From Mobula hypostoma (lineage: Eukaryota): 64,000 bases of DNA. The DNA is taken from assembly GCF_963921235.1 (NCBI RefSeq), contig NC_086097.1, positions 105,526,001 through 105,590,000 on the forward strand, given 5' to 3'. Below the pieces are notes generated by a model. The model saw only the letters and a list, made by a program, of their open reading frames with translations, was not told the DNA's origin and did not search any database. The translations under genes and the position numbers were made by a program. How positions within the stretch are numbered: position 1 is the first letter of the stretch; each line of letters starts with the position of its first letter. This document shows, piece after piece, positions 11,801-23,800 of the stretch.

Positions 11801-14800
11801 AGTCTCCATCCTCCAGCCTCGCCTCAAGTCTCCATCCTCCAGCCTCGCCTCAAGTCTCCAGCCTCCAGCCTCGCCTCGTCTCCAGCCTCCAGCCTCGCCT
11901 CAAGTCTCCAGCCTCCAGCCTCGCCTCAAGTCTCCAGCCTCCAGCCTCGCATCTCCAGCCTCCAGCCTCGCCTCAAGTCTCCAGCCTCCAGCCTCGCCTC
12001 AAGTCTTCAGCCTCCAGCCTCGCCTCAAGTCTCTAGCCTCCAGCCTCCAGCCTCGCCTCAAGTCTCCAGCCTCCAGCCTCGCCTCAAGTCTCCAGCCTCC
12101 AGCCTCACCTCAAGTCTCCAGCCTCCAGCCTCCAGCCTCGCCTCAAGTCTCCAGCCTCCAGCCTCGCCTCAAGTCTCCAGCCTCCAGCCATGCCTCAAGT
12201 CTCCAGCCTCCAGCCTCCAGCCTCACCTCAAGTCTCCAGCTTCCAGCCTCGCCTCAAGTCTCCAGCCTCCAGCCTCGCCTCAAGTCTCCAGCCTCCAGCC
12301 TCACCTCAAGTCTCCAGCCTCGCCTCATGTCTCCATCCTCCAGCCTCGCCTCAAGTCTCCATCCTCCAGCCTCGCCTCAAGTCTCCAGCCTCCAGCCTCG
12401 CCTCAAGTCTCCAGCCTCCAGCCTCCAGCCTCACCTCAAGTCTCCAGCCTCCAGCCTCCAGCCTCGCCTCAAGTCTCCAGCCTCCAGCCTCGCCTCAAGT
12501 CTCCAGCCTCCAGCCTCCAGCCTCACCTCAAGTCTCCAGCCTCCAGCCTTGCCTCAAGTCTCCAGCCTCCAGCCTCGCCTCAAGTCTCCAGCCTCCAGCC
12601 GCACCTCAAGTCTCCAGCCTCCAACCTCGCCTCAAGTCTCCAGCCTCACCTCAAGTCTCCAGCCTCGCCTCAAGTCTCCAGCCTCGCCTCAAGTCTCCAG
12701 CCTCCAGCCGCGCCTCAAGTCTCCAGCCTCCATCCTCCAGCCTCGCCTCAAGTCTCCATCCTCCAGCCTCGCCTCCAGCCTCCAGCCTCGCCTCAAGTCT
12801 CCAGCCTCCAGCCTCGCCTCAAGTCTCCAGCCTCCAGCCTCCAGCCTCGCCTCAAGTCTCCAGCCTCCAGCCTCGCCTCAAGCCTCCAGCCTCCAGCCTC
12901 AAGTCTCCAGCCTCCAGCCTCGCCTCAAGTCTCCAGCCTCCAGCCTCGCCTCATGTCTCCATCCTCCAGCCTCGCCTCAAGTCTCCAGCCTCACCTCGTC
13001 TCCAGCCTCCAGCCTCGCCCCGTCTCCAGCCTCCAGCCTCGCCTCAAGTCTCCAGCCTCCAGCCTCGCATCAGGTCTCCAGCCTCCAGCCTCGCCTCGTC
13101 TCCAGCCTCCAGCCTCGCCTCAAGTCTCCAGCCTCCAGCCTCCAGCCTCAAGTCTCCAGCCTCCAGCCGCACCTCAAGTCTCCAGCCTCCAACCTCGCCT
13201 CAAGTCTCCAGCCTCACCTCAAGTCTCCAGCCTCGCCTCAAGTCTCCAGCCTCCAGCCGCGACTCAAGTCTCCAGCCTCCATCCTCCAGCCTCGCCTCAA
13301 GTCTCCATCCTCCAGCCTCGCCTCCAGCCTCCAGCCTCCAGCCTCGCCTCAAGTCTCCAGCCTCCAGCCTCGCCTCAAGTCTCCAGCCTCCAGCCTCCAG
13401 CCTCGCCTCAAGTCTCCAGCCTCCAGCCTCGCCTCAAGCCTCCAGCCTCCAGCCTCCAGCCTCCAGCCTCAAGTCTCCAGCCTCGAGCCTCGCCTCAAGT
13501 CTCCAGCCTCCAGCCTCGCCTCATGTCTCCATCCTCCAGCCTCGCCTCAAGTCTCCAGCCTCACCTCGTCTCCAGCCTCCAGCCTCGCCCCGTCTGCAGC
13601 CTCCAGCCTCGCCTCAAGTCTCCAGCCTCCAGCCGCACCTCAAGTCTCCAGCCTCCAACCTCGCCTCAAGTCTCCAGCCTCACCTCAAGTCTCCAGCCTC
13701 GCCTCAAGTCTCCAGCCTCCAGCCGCGCCTCAAGTCTCCAGCCTCCATCCTCCAGCCTCGCCTCAAGTCTCCATCCTCCAGCCTCGCCTCCAGCCTCCAG
13801 CCTCCAGCGTCGCCTCAAGTCTCCAGCCTCCAGCCTCGCCTCAAGTCTCCAGCCTCCAGCCTCCAGCCTCGCCTCAAGTCTCCAGCCTCCAGCCTCGCCT
13901 CAAGCCTCCAGCCTCCAGCCTCCAGCCTCCAGCCTCAAGTCTCCAGCCTCCAGCCTCGCCTCAAGTCTCCAGCCTCCAGCCTCGCCTCATGTCTCCATCC
14001 TCCAGCCTCGCCTCAAGTCTCCAGCCTCACCTCGTCTCCAGCCTCCAGCCTCGCCCCGTCTGCAGCCTCCAGCCTCGCCTCAAGTCTCCAGCCTCCAGCC
14101 TCGCCTCGTCTCCAGCCTCCAGCCTCGTCTCAAGTCTCCAGCCTCCAGCCTCCAGCCTCAAGTCTCCATCCTCCAGCCTCGCCTCAAGTCTCCAGCCTCC
14201 AGCCGCACCTCAAGTCTCCAGCCTCCAACCTCGCCTCAAGTCTCCAGCTTCACCTCAAGTCTCCAGCCTCGCTTCAAGTCTCCAGCCTCCAGCCTCGCCT
14301 CAAGTCTCCAGCCTCCATCCTCCAGCCTCGCCTCAAGTCTCCATCCTCCAGCCTCGCCTCCAACCTCCAGCCTCCAGCCTCGCCTCAAGTCTCCAGCCTC
14401 CAGCCTCGCCTCAAGTCTCCAGCCTCCAGCCTCCAGCCTCGCCTCAAGTCTCCAGCCTCCAGCCTCGCCTCAAGCCTCCAGCCTCCAGCCTCCAGCCTCC
14501 AGCCTCCAGCCTCAAGTCTCCAGCCTCCAGCCTCGCCTCATGTCTCCATCCTCCAGCCTCGCCTCAAGTCTCCAGCCTCCAACCTCGCCTCAAGTCTCCA
14601 GCCTCACCTCAAGTCTCCAGCCTCGCCTCAAGTCTCCAGCCTCGCCTCAAGTCTCCAGCCTCCAGCCGCGCCTCAAGTCTCCAGCCTCCATCCTCCAGCC
14701 TCGCCTCAAGTCTCCATCCTCCAGCCTCGCCTCCAGCCTCCAGCCTCGCCTCAAGTCTCCAGCCTCCAGCCTCGCCTCAAGTCTCCAGCCTCCAGCCTCC

Positions 14801-17800
14801 AGCCTCGCCTCAAGCCTCCAGCCTCCAGCCTCCAGCCTCAAGTCTCCAGCCTCCAGCCTCGCCTCAAGTCTCCAGCCTCCAGCCTCGCCTCATGTCTCCA
14901 TCCTCCAGCCTCGCCTCAAGTCTCCAGCCTCACCTCGTCTCCAGCCTCCAGCCTCGCCCCGTCTCCAGCCTCCAGCCTCGCCTCAAGTCTCCAGCCTCCA
15001 GCCTCGCCTCGTCTCCAGCCTCCAGCCTCGCCTCAAGTCTCCAGCCTCCAGCCTCCAGGCTCAAGTCTCCATCCTCCAGCCTCGCCTCAAGTCTCCAGCC
15101 TCCAGCCGCACCTCAAGTCTCCAGCCTCCAACCTCGCCTCAAGTCTCCAGCCTCACCTCAAGTCTCCAGCCACGCCTCAAGTCTCCAGCCTCCAGCTGCG
15201 CCTCAAGTCTCCAGCCTCCATCCTCCAGCCTCGCCTCAAGTCTCCATCCTCCAGCCTCGCCTCCAGCCTCCAGCCTCCAGCCTCGCCTCAAGTCTCCAGC
15301 CTCCAGCCTCGCCTCAAGTCTCCAGCCTCCAGCCTCCAGCCTCGCCTCAAGTCTCCAGCCTCCAGCCTCGCCTCAAGCCTCCAGCCTCCAGCCTCCAGCC
15401 TCCAGCCTCCAGCCTCAAGTCTCCAGCCTCCAGCCTCGCCTCAAGTCTCCAGCCTCCAGCCTCGCCTCAAGTCTCCAGCCTCCAGCCTCCAGCCTCACCT
15501 CAAGTCTCCAGCCTCGCCTCATGTCTCCATCCTCCAGCCTCGCCTCAAGTCTCCATCCTCCAGCCTCGCCTCAAGTCTCCAGCCTCCAGCCTCGCCTCAA
15601 GTCTCCAGCCTCCAGCCTCCAGCCTCACCTCAAGTCTCCAGCCTCCAGCCTCCAGCCTCGCCTCAAGTCTCCAGCCTCCAGCCTCGCCTCAAGTCTCCAG
15701 CCTCCAGCCTCCAGCCTCACCTCAAGTCTCCAGCCTCCAGCCTTGCCTCAAGTCTCCAGCCTCCAGCCTCGCCTCAAGTCTCCAGCCTCCAGCCGCACCT
15801 CAAGTCTCCAGCCTCCAACCTCGCCTCAAGTCTCCAGCCTCACCTCAAGTCTCCAGCCTCGCCTCAAGTCTCCAGCCTCCAGCCGCGCCTCAAGTCTCCA
15901 GCCTCCATCCTCCAGCCTCGCCTCAAGTCTCCATCCTCCAGCCTCGCCTCCAGCCTCCAGCCTCGCCTCAAGTCTCCAGCCTCCAGCCTCGCCTCAAGTC
16001 TCCAGCCTCCAGCCTCCAGCCTCGCCTCAAGTCTCCAGCCTCCAGCCTCGCCTCAAGCCTCCAGCCTCCAGCCTCAAGTCTCCAGCCTCCAGCCTCGCCT
16101 CAAGTCTCCAGCCTCCAGCCTCGCCTCATGTCTCCATCCTCCAGCCTCGCCTCAAGTCTCCAGCCTCACCTCGTCTCCAGCCTCCAGCCTCGCCCCGTCT
16201 CCAGCCTCCAGCCTCGCCTCAAGTCTCCAGCCTCCAGCCTCGCATCAGGTCTCCAGCCTCCAGCCTCGCCTCGTCTCCAGCCTCCAGCCTCGCCTCAAGT
16301 CTCCAGCCTCCAGCCTCCAGCCTCAAGTCTCCATCCTCCAGCCTCGCCTCAAGTCTCCAGCCTCCAGCCGCACCTCAAGTCTCCAGCCTCCAACCTCGCC
16401 TCAAGTCTCCAGCCTCACCTCAAGTCTCCAGCCTCGCCTCAAGTCTCCAGCCTCCAGCCGCGCCTCAAGTCTCCAGCCTCCATCCTCCAGCCTCGCCTCA
16501 AGTCTCCATCCTCCAGCCTCGCCTCCAGCCTCCAGCCTCCAGCCTCGCCTCAAGTCTCCAGCCTCCAGCCTCGCCTCAAGTCTCCAGCCTCCAGCCTCCA
16601 GCCTCGCCTCAAGTCTCCAGCCTCCAGCCTCGCCTCAAGCCTCCAGCCTCCAGCCTCCAGCCTCCAGCCTCAAGTCTCCAGCCTCGAGCCTCGCCTCAAG
16701 TCTCCAGCCTCCAGCCTCGCCTCATGTCTCCATCCTCCAGCCTCGCCTCAAGTCTCCAGCCTCACCTCGTCTCCAGCCTCCAGCCTCGCCCCGTCTGCAG
16801 CCTCCAGCCTCGCCTCAAGTCTCCAGCCTCCAGCCGCACCTCAAGTCTCCAGCCTCCAACCTCGCCTCAAGTCTCCAGCCTCACCTCAAGTCTCCAGCCT
16901 CGCCTCAAGTCTCCAGCCTCCAGCCGCGCCTCAAGTCTCCAGCCTCCATCCTCCAGCCTCGCCTCAAGTCTCCATCCTCCAGCTTCGCCTCCAGCCTCCA
17001 GCCTCCAGCGTCGCCTCAAGTCTCCAGCCTCCAGCCTCGCCTCAAGTCTCCAGCCTCCAGCCTCCAGCCTCGCCTCAAGTCTCCAGCCTCCAGCCTCGCC
17101 TCAAGCCTCCAGCCTCCAGCCTCCAGCCTCCAGCCTCAAGTCTCCAGCCTCCAGCCTCGCCTCAAGTCTCCAGCCTCCAGCCTCGCCTCATGTCTCCATC
17201 CTCCAGCCTCGCCTCAAGTCTCCAGCCTCACCTCGTCTCCAGCCTCCAGCCTCGCCCCGTCTGCAGCCTCCAGCCTCGCCTCAAGTCTCCAGCCTCCAGC
17301 CTCGCCTCGTCTCCAGCCTCCAGCCTCGTCTCAAGTCTCCAGCCTCCAGCCTCCAGCCTCAAGTCTCCATCCTCCAGCCTCGCCTCAAGTCTCCAGCCTC
17401 CAGCCGCTCCTCAAGTCTCCAGCCTCCAACCTCGCCTCAAGTCTCCAGCTTCACCTCAAGTCTCCAGCCTCGCTTCAAGTCTCCAGCCTCCAGCCTCGCC
17501 TCAAGTCTCCAGCCTCCATCCTCCAGCCTCGCCTCAAGTCTCCATCCTCCAGCCTCGCCTCCAACCTCCAGCCTCCAGCCTCGCCTCAAGTCTCCAGCCT
17601 CCAGCCTCGCCTCAAGTCTCCAGCCTCCAGCCTCCAGCCTCGCCTCAAGTCTCCAGCCTCCAGCCTCGCCTCAAGCCTCCAGCCTCCAGCCTCCAGCCTC
17701 CAGCCTCCAGCCTCAAGTCTCCAGCCTCCAGCCTCGCCTCATGTCTCCATCCTCCAGCCTCGCCTCAAGTCTCCAGCCTCCAACCTCGCCTCAAGTCTCC

Positions 17801-20800
17801 AGCCTCACCTCAAGTCTCCAGCCTCGCCTCAAGTCTCCAGCCTCGCCTCAAGTCTCCAGCCTCCAGCCGCGCCTCAAGTCTCCAGCCTCCATCCTCCAGC
17901 CTCGCCTCAAGTCTCCATCCTCCAGCCTCGCCTCCAGCCTCCAGCCTCGCCTCAAGTCTCCAGCCTCCAGCCTCGCCTCAAGTCTCCAGCCTCCAGCCTC
18001 CAGCCTCGCCTCAAGCCTCCAGCCTCCAGCCTCCAGCCTCAAGTCTCCAGCCTCCAGCCTCGCCTCAAGTCTCCAGCCTCCAGCCTCGCCTCATGTCTCC
18101 ATCCTCCAGCCTCGCCTCAAGTCTCCAGCCTCACCTCGTCTCCAGCCTCCAGCCTCGCCCCGTCTCCAGCCTCCAGCCTCGCCTCAAGTCTCCAGCCTCC
18201 AGCCTCGCCTCGTCTCCAGCCTCCAGCCTCGCCTCAAGTCTCCAGCCTCCAGCCTCCAGGCTCAAGTCTCCATCCTCCAGCCTCGCCTCAAGTCTCCAGC
18301 CTCCAGCCGCACCTCAAGTCTCCAGCCTCCAACCTCGCCTCAAGTCTCCAGCCTCACCTCAAGTCTCCAGCCACGCCTCAAGTCTCCAGCCTCCAGCTGC
18401 GCCTCAAGTCTCCAGCCTCCATCCTCCAGCCTCGCCTCAAGTCTCCATCCTCCAGCCTCGCCTCCAGCCTCCAGCCTCCAGCCTCGCCTCAAGTCTCCAG
18501 CCTCCAGCCTCGCCTCAAGTCTCCAGCCTCCAGCCTCCAGCCTCGCCTCAAGTCTCCAGCCTCCAGCCTCGCCTCAAGCCTCCAGCCTCCAGCCTCCAGC
18601 CTCCAGCCTCCAGCCTCAAGTCTCCAGCCTCCAGCCTCGCCTCAAGTCTCCAGCCTCCAGCCTCGCCTCATGTCTCCATCCTCCAGCCTCGCCTCAAGTC
18701 TCCAGCCTCACCTCGTCTCCAGCCTCCAGCCTCGCCCCGTCTCCAGCCTCCAGCCTCGCCCCGTCTCCAGCCTCCAGCCTCGCCTCAAGTCTCCAGCCTC
18801 CAGCCTCGCCTCGTCTCCAGCCTCCAGCCTCCAGCCTCAAGTCTCCATCCTCCAGCCTCGCCTCAAATCTCCAGCCTCGCCTCGTCTCCAGCCTCCAGCC
18901 TCGCCTCGTCTCCAGCCTCCAGCCTCGCCTCGTCTCCAGCCTCCAGCCCCGCCTCAAATCTCCAGCCTCCTGCCTCGCCTCGTCTCCAGCCTCCAGCCTC
19001 GCCTCAAGTCTCCAGCATCCAGCCTCGCCTCAAGTCTCCAGCATCCAGCCTTACCTCAAGTCTCCAGCCTCCAGCCTCGCCTCAAGTCTCCAACCTCCAG
19101 GCTCGCCTCAAGTCTCCAGCATCCAGCCTCCAGCCTCCAGCCTCACCTCAAGTCTCCAGCATCCAGCCTCCAGCCTCGCCTCAAGTCTCCAGCATCCAGC
19201 CTCGCCTCGTCTCCAGCCTCCAGCCCCGTCTCAAATCTCCAGCCTCCTGCCTCACCTCGTCTCCAGCCTCCAGCCTCGCCTCAAGTCTCCAGCCTCCAGC
19301 CTCGCCTCAAGTCTTCAGCCTCCAGCCTCGCCTCAAGTCTCTAGCCTCCAGCCTCCAGCCTCGCCTCAAGTCTCTAGCCTCCAGCCTCCAGCCTCGCCTC
19401 AAGTCTCCAGCCTCCAGCCTCGCCTCAAGTCCCCAGCCTCCAGCCTCCAGCCTCGCCTCAAGTCTCCAGCCTCCAGCCTCCAGCCTCGCCTCAAGTATCC
19501 AGCCTTCAGCCTCCAGCCTCACCTCAAGTCTCCAGCCTCCAGCCTTGCCTCAAGTCTCCAGCCTCCAGCCTCACCTCAAGTCTCCAGCCTCCAGCTTCCA
19601 GCCTCGCCTCAAGTCTCCAGCCTCCAGCCTCGCCTCAAGTCTCCAGCCTCCAACCTCGCCTCAAGTCTCCAGCCTCCAGCCTCGCCTCAAGTCTCCAGCC
19701 TCCAGCCATGCCTCAAGTCTCCAGCCTCCAGCCTCCAGCCTCACCTCAAGTCTCCAGTCTCCAGCCTCGCCTCAAGTCTCCAGCCTCCAGCCTCGCCTCA
19801 AGTCTCCATCCTCCAGCCTCGCCTCAAGTCTCCAGCCTCCATCCTCCAGCCTCGCCTCAAGTCTCCAGCCTCCAGCCTTGCCTCAAGTCTCCAGCCTCCA
19901 ACCGCGCCTCAAGTCTCCAGCCTCCAGCCTCGCATCAAGTCTCCAGCATCCAGCCTCCAGCCTCGCCTCAAGTCTCCATCCTCCAGCCTCGCCTCAAGTC
20001 TCCATCCTCCAGCCTCGCCTCAAGTCTCCAGCCTCCATCCTCCAGCCTCGCCTCAAGTCTCCAGCCTCCAGCCTTGCCTCAAGTCTCCAGCCTCCAACCT
20101 CGCCTCAAGTCTCCAGCCTCTAGCCTCGCCTCAAGTCTCCAGCATCCAGCCTCCAGTCTCACCTCAAGTCTCCAGCCTCCAGCCTCGCCTCAAGTCTCCA
20201 GCCTCGCCTCAAGTCTCCAGCCTCCAGCCGCGCCTCAAGTCTCCAGCCTCCATCCTCCAGCCTCGCCTCAAGCCTCCAGCCTCGCCTCCAGTCTCCAGCC
20301 TCCAGCATCCAGCCTCGCCTCAAGTCTCCAGCCTCCAGCCTCGCCTCAAGTCTCCAGCCTCCAGCCTCCAGCCTCGCCTCAAGTCTCCAGCCTCCAGCCT
20401 CGCCCCGTCTCCAGCCTCCAGCCTCGCCTCAAGTCTCCAGCCTCCAGCCTCGCCTCGTCTCCAGCCTCCAGCCTCGCCTCAAGTCTCCAGCCTCCAGCCT
20501 CCAGCCTCAAGTCTCCATCCTCCAGCCTCGCCTCAAGTCTCCAGCCTCGCCTCGTCTCCAGCCTCCAGCCTCGCCTCGTCTCCAGCCTCCAGCCTCGCCT
20601 CGTCTCCAGCCTCCAGCCCCGCCTCAAATCTCCAGCCTCCTGCCTCGCCTCGTCTCCAGCCTCCAGCCTCGCCTCAAGTCTCCAGCATCCAGCCTCGCCT
20701 CAAGTCTCCAGCATCCAGCCTTACCTCAAGTCTCCAGCCTCCAGCCTCGCCTCAAGTCTCCAACCTCCAGGCTCGCCTCAAGTCTCCAGCATCCAGCCTC

Positions 20801-23800
20801 CAGCCTCCAGCCTCACCTCAAGTCTCCAGCATCCAGCCTCCAGCCTCGCCTCAAGTCTCCAGCATCCAGCCTCGCCTCGTCTCCAGCCTCCAGCCCCGTC
20901 TCAAATCTCCAGCCTCCTGCCTCACCTCGTCTCCAGCCTCCAACCTCGCCTCAAGTCTCCAGCCTCCAGCCTCGCCTCAAGTCTCCAGCCTCCAGCCATG
21001 CCTCAAGTCTCCAGCCTCCAGCCTCCAGCCTCACCTCAAGTCTCCAGTCTCCAGCCTCGCCTCAAGTCTCCAGCCTCCAGCCTCGCCTCAAGTCTCCATC
21101 CTCCAGCCTCGCCTCAAGTCTCCATCCTCCAGCCTCGCCTCAAGTCTCCAGCCTCCATCCTCCAGCCTCGCCTCAAGTCTCCAGCCTCCAGCCTTGCCTC
21201 AAGTCTCCAGCCTCCAACCGCGCCTCAAGTCTCCAGCCTCCAGCCTCGCATCAAGTCTCCAGCATCCAGCCTCCAGCCTCGCCTCAAGTCTCCATCCTCC
21301 AGCCTCGCCTCAAGTCTCCATCCTCCAGCCTCGCCTCAAGTCTCCAGCCTCCATCCTCCAGCCTAGCCTCAAGTCTCCAGCCTCCAGCCTTGCCTCAAGT
21401 CTCCAGCCTCCAACCGCGCCTCAAGTCTCCAGCCTCTAGCCTCGCCTCAAGTCTCCAGCATCCAGCCTCCAGTCTCACCTCAAGTCTCCAGCCTCCAGCC
21501 TCGCCTCAAGTCTCCAGCCTCGCCTCAAGTCTCCAGCCTCCAGCCGCGCCTCAAGTCTCCAGCCTCCATCCTCCAGCCTCGCCTCAAGCCTCCAGCCTCG
21601 CCTCCAGTCTCCAGCCTCCAGCCTCCAGCCTCGCCTCAAGTCTCCAGCCTCCAGCCTCGCCTCAAGTCTCCAGCCTCCAGCCTCCAGCCTCGCCTCAAGT
21701 CTCCAGCCTCCAGCCTCGCCCCGTCTCCAGCCTCCAGCCTCGCCTCAAGTCTCCAGCCTCCAGCCTCGCCTCGTCTCCAGCCTCCAGCCTCGCCTCAAGT
21801 CTCCAGCCTCCAGCCTCCAGCCTCAAGTCTCCATCCTCCAGCCTCGCCTCAAGTCTCCAGCCTCGCCTCGTCTCCAGCCTCCAGCCTCGCCTCGTCTCCA
21901 GCCTCCAGCCCCGCCTCAAATCTCCAGCCTCCTGCCTCGCCTCGTCTCCAGCCTCCAGCCTCGCCTCAAGTCTCCAGCATCCAGCCTCGCCTCAAGTCTC
22001 CAGCATCCAGCCTTACCTCAAGTCTCCAGCCTCCAGCCTCGCCTCAAGTCTCCAACCTCCAGGCTCGCCTCAAGTCTCCAGCATCCAGCCTCCAGCCTCC
22101 AGCCTCACCTCAAGTCTCCAGCATCCAGCCTCCAGCCTCGCCTCAAGTCTCCAGCATCCAGCCTCGCCTCGTCTCCAGCCTCCAGCCCCGTCTCAAATCT
22201 CCAGCCTCCTGCCTCACCTCGTCTCCAGCCTCCAGCCTCGCCTCAAGTCTCCAGCCTCCAGCCTCGCCTCAAGTCTTCAGCCTCCAGCCTCGCCTCAAGT
22301 CTCTAGCCTCCAGCCTCCAGCCTCGCCTCAAGTCTCTAGCCTCCAGCCTCCAGCCTCGCCTCAAGTCTCCAGCCTCCAGCCTCGCCTCAAGTCTCCAGCC
22401 TCCAGCCTCGCCTCAAGTCTCCAGCCTCCAGCCTCCAGCCTCGCCTCAAGTCTCCAGCCTCCAGCCTCCAGCCTCGCCTCAAGTATCCAGCCTTCAGCCT
22501 CCAGCCTCACCTCAAGTCTCCAGCCTCCAGCCTTGCCTCAAGTCTCCAGCCTCCAGCCTCACCTCAAGTCTCCAGCCTCCAGCTTCCAGCCTCGCCTCAA
22601 GTCTCCAGCCTCCAGCCTCGCCTCAAGTCTCCAGCCTCCAACCTCGCCTCAAGTCTCCAGCCTCCAGCCTCGCCTCAAGTCTCCAGCCTCCAGCCATGCC
22701 TCAAGTCTCCAGCCTCCAGCCTCCAGCCTCACCTCAAGTCTCCAGTCTCCAGCCTCGCCTCAAGTCTCCAGCCTCCAGCCTCGCCTCAAGTCTCCATCCT
22801 CCAGCCTCGCCTCAAGTCTCCATCCTCCAGCCTCGCCTCAAGTCTCCAGCCTCCATCCTCCAGCCTCGCCTCAAGTCTCCAGCCTCCAGCCTTGCCTCAA
22901 GTCTCCAGCCTCCAACCGCGCCTCAAGTCTCCAGCCTCCAGCCTCGCATCAAGTCTCCAGCATCCAGCCTCCAGCCTCGCCTCAAGTCTCCATCCTCCAG
23001 CCTCGCCTCAAGTCTCCAGCCTCCAGCCTCGCCTCAAGTCTCCAGCCTCCATCCTCCAGCCTCGCCTCAAGTCTCCAGCCTCCAGCCTTGCCTCAAGTCT
23101 CCAGCCTCCAACCGCGCCTCAAGTCTCCAGCCTCTAGCCTCGCCTCAAGTCTCCAGCATCCAGCCTCCAGTCTCACCTCAAGTCTCCAGCCTCCAGCCTC
23201 GCCTCAAGTCTCCAGCCTCGCCTCAAGTCTCCAGCCTCCAGCCGCGCCTCAAGTCTCCAGCCTCCATCCTCCAGCCTCGCCTCAAGCCTCCAGCCTCGCC
23301 TCCAGTCTCCAGCCTCCAGCCTCCAGCCTCGCCTCAAGTCTCCAGCCTCCAGCCTCGCCTCAAGTCTCCAGCCTCCAGCCTCCAGCCTCGCCTCAAGTCT
23401 CCAGCCTCCAGCCTCGCCTCAAGTCTCCAGCCTCCAGCCTCGTCTCCAGCCTCCAGCCTCGCCTCAAGTCTCCAGCCTCCAGCCTCGCCTCATGTCTCCA
23501 TCCTCCAGCCTCGCCTCAAGTCTCCAGCCTCACCTCGTCTCCAGCTTCCAGCCTCGCCCTGTCTCCAGCCTCCAGCCTCGCCTCAAGTCTCCAGCCTCCA
23601 GCCGCGCCTCGTCTCCAGCCTCCAGCCTCGCCTCAAGTCTCCAGCCTCCAGCCTCCAGCCTCAAGTCTCCATCCTCCAGCCTCGCCTCAAGTCTCCAGCC
23701 TCGCCTCGTCTCCAGCCTCCAGCCTCGCCTCGTCTCCAGCCTCCAGCCTCGCCTCAAGTCTCCAGCCTCCAGCCTCGCCTCAAGTCTTCAGCCTCCAGCC

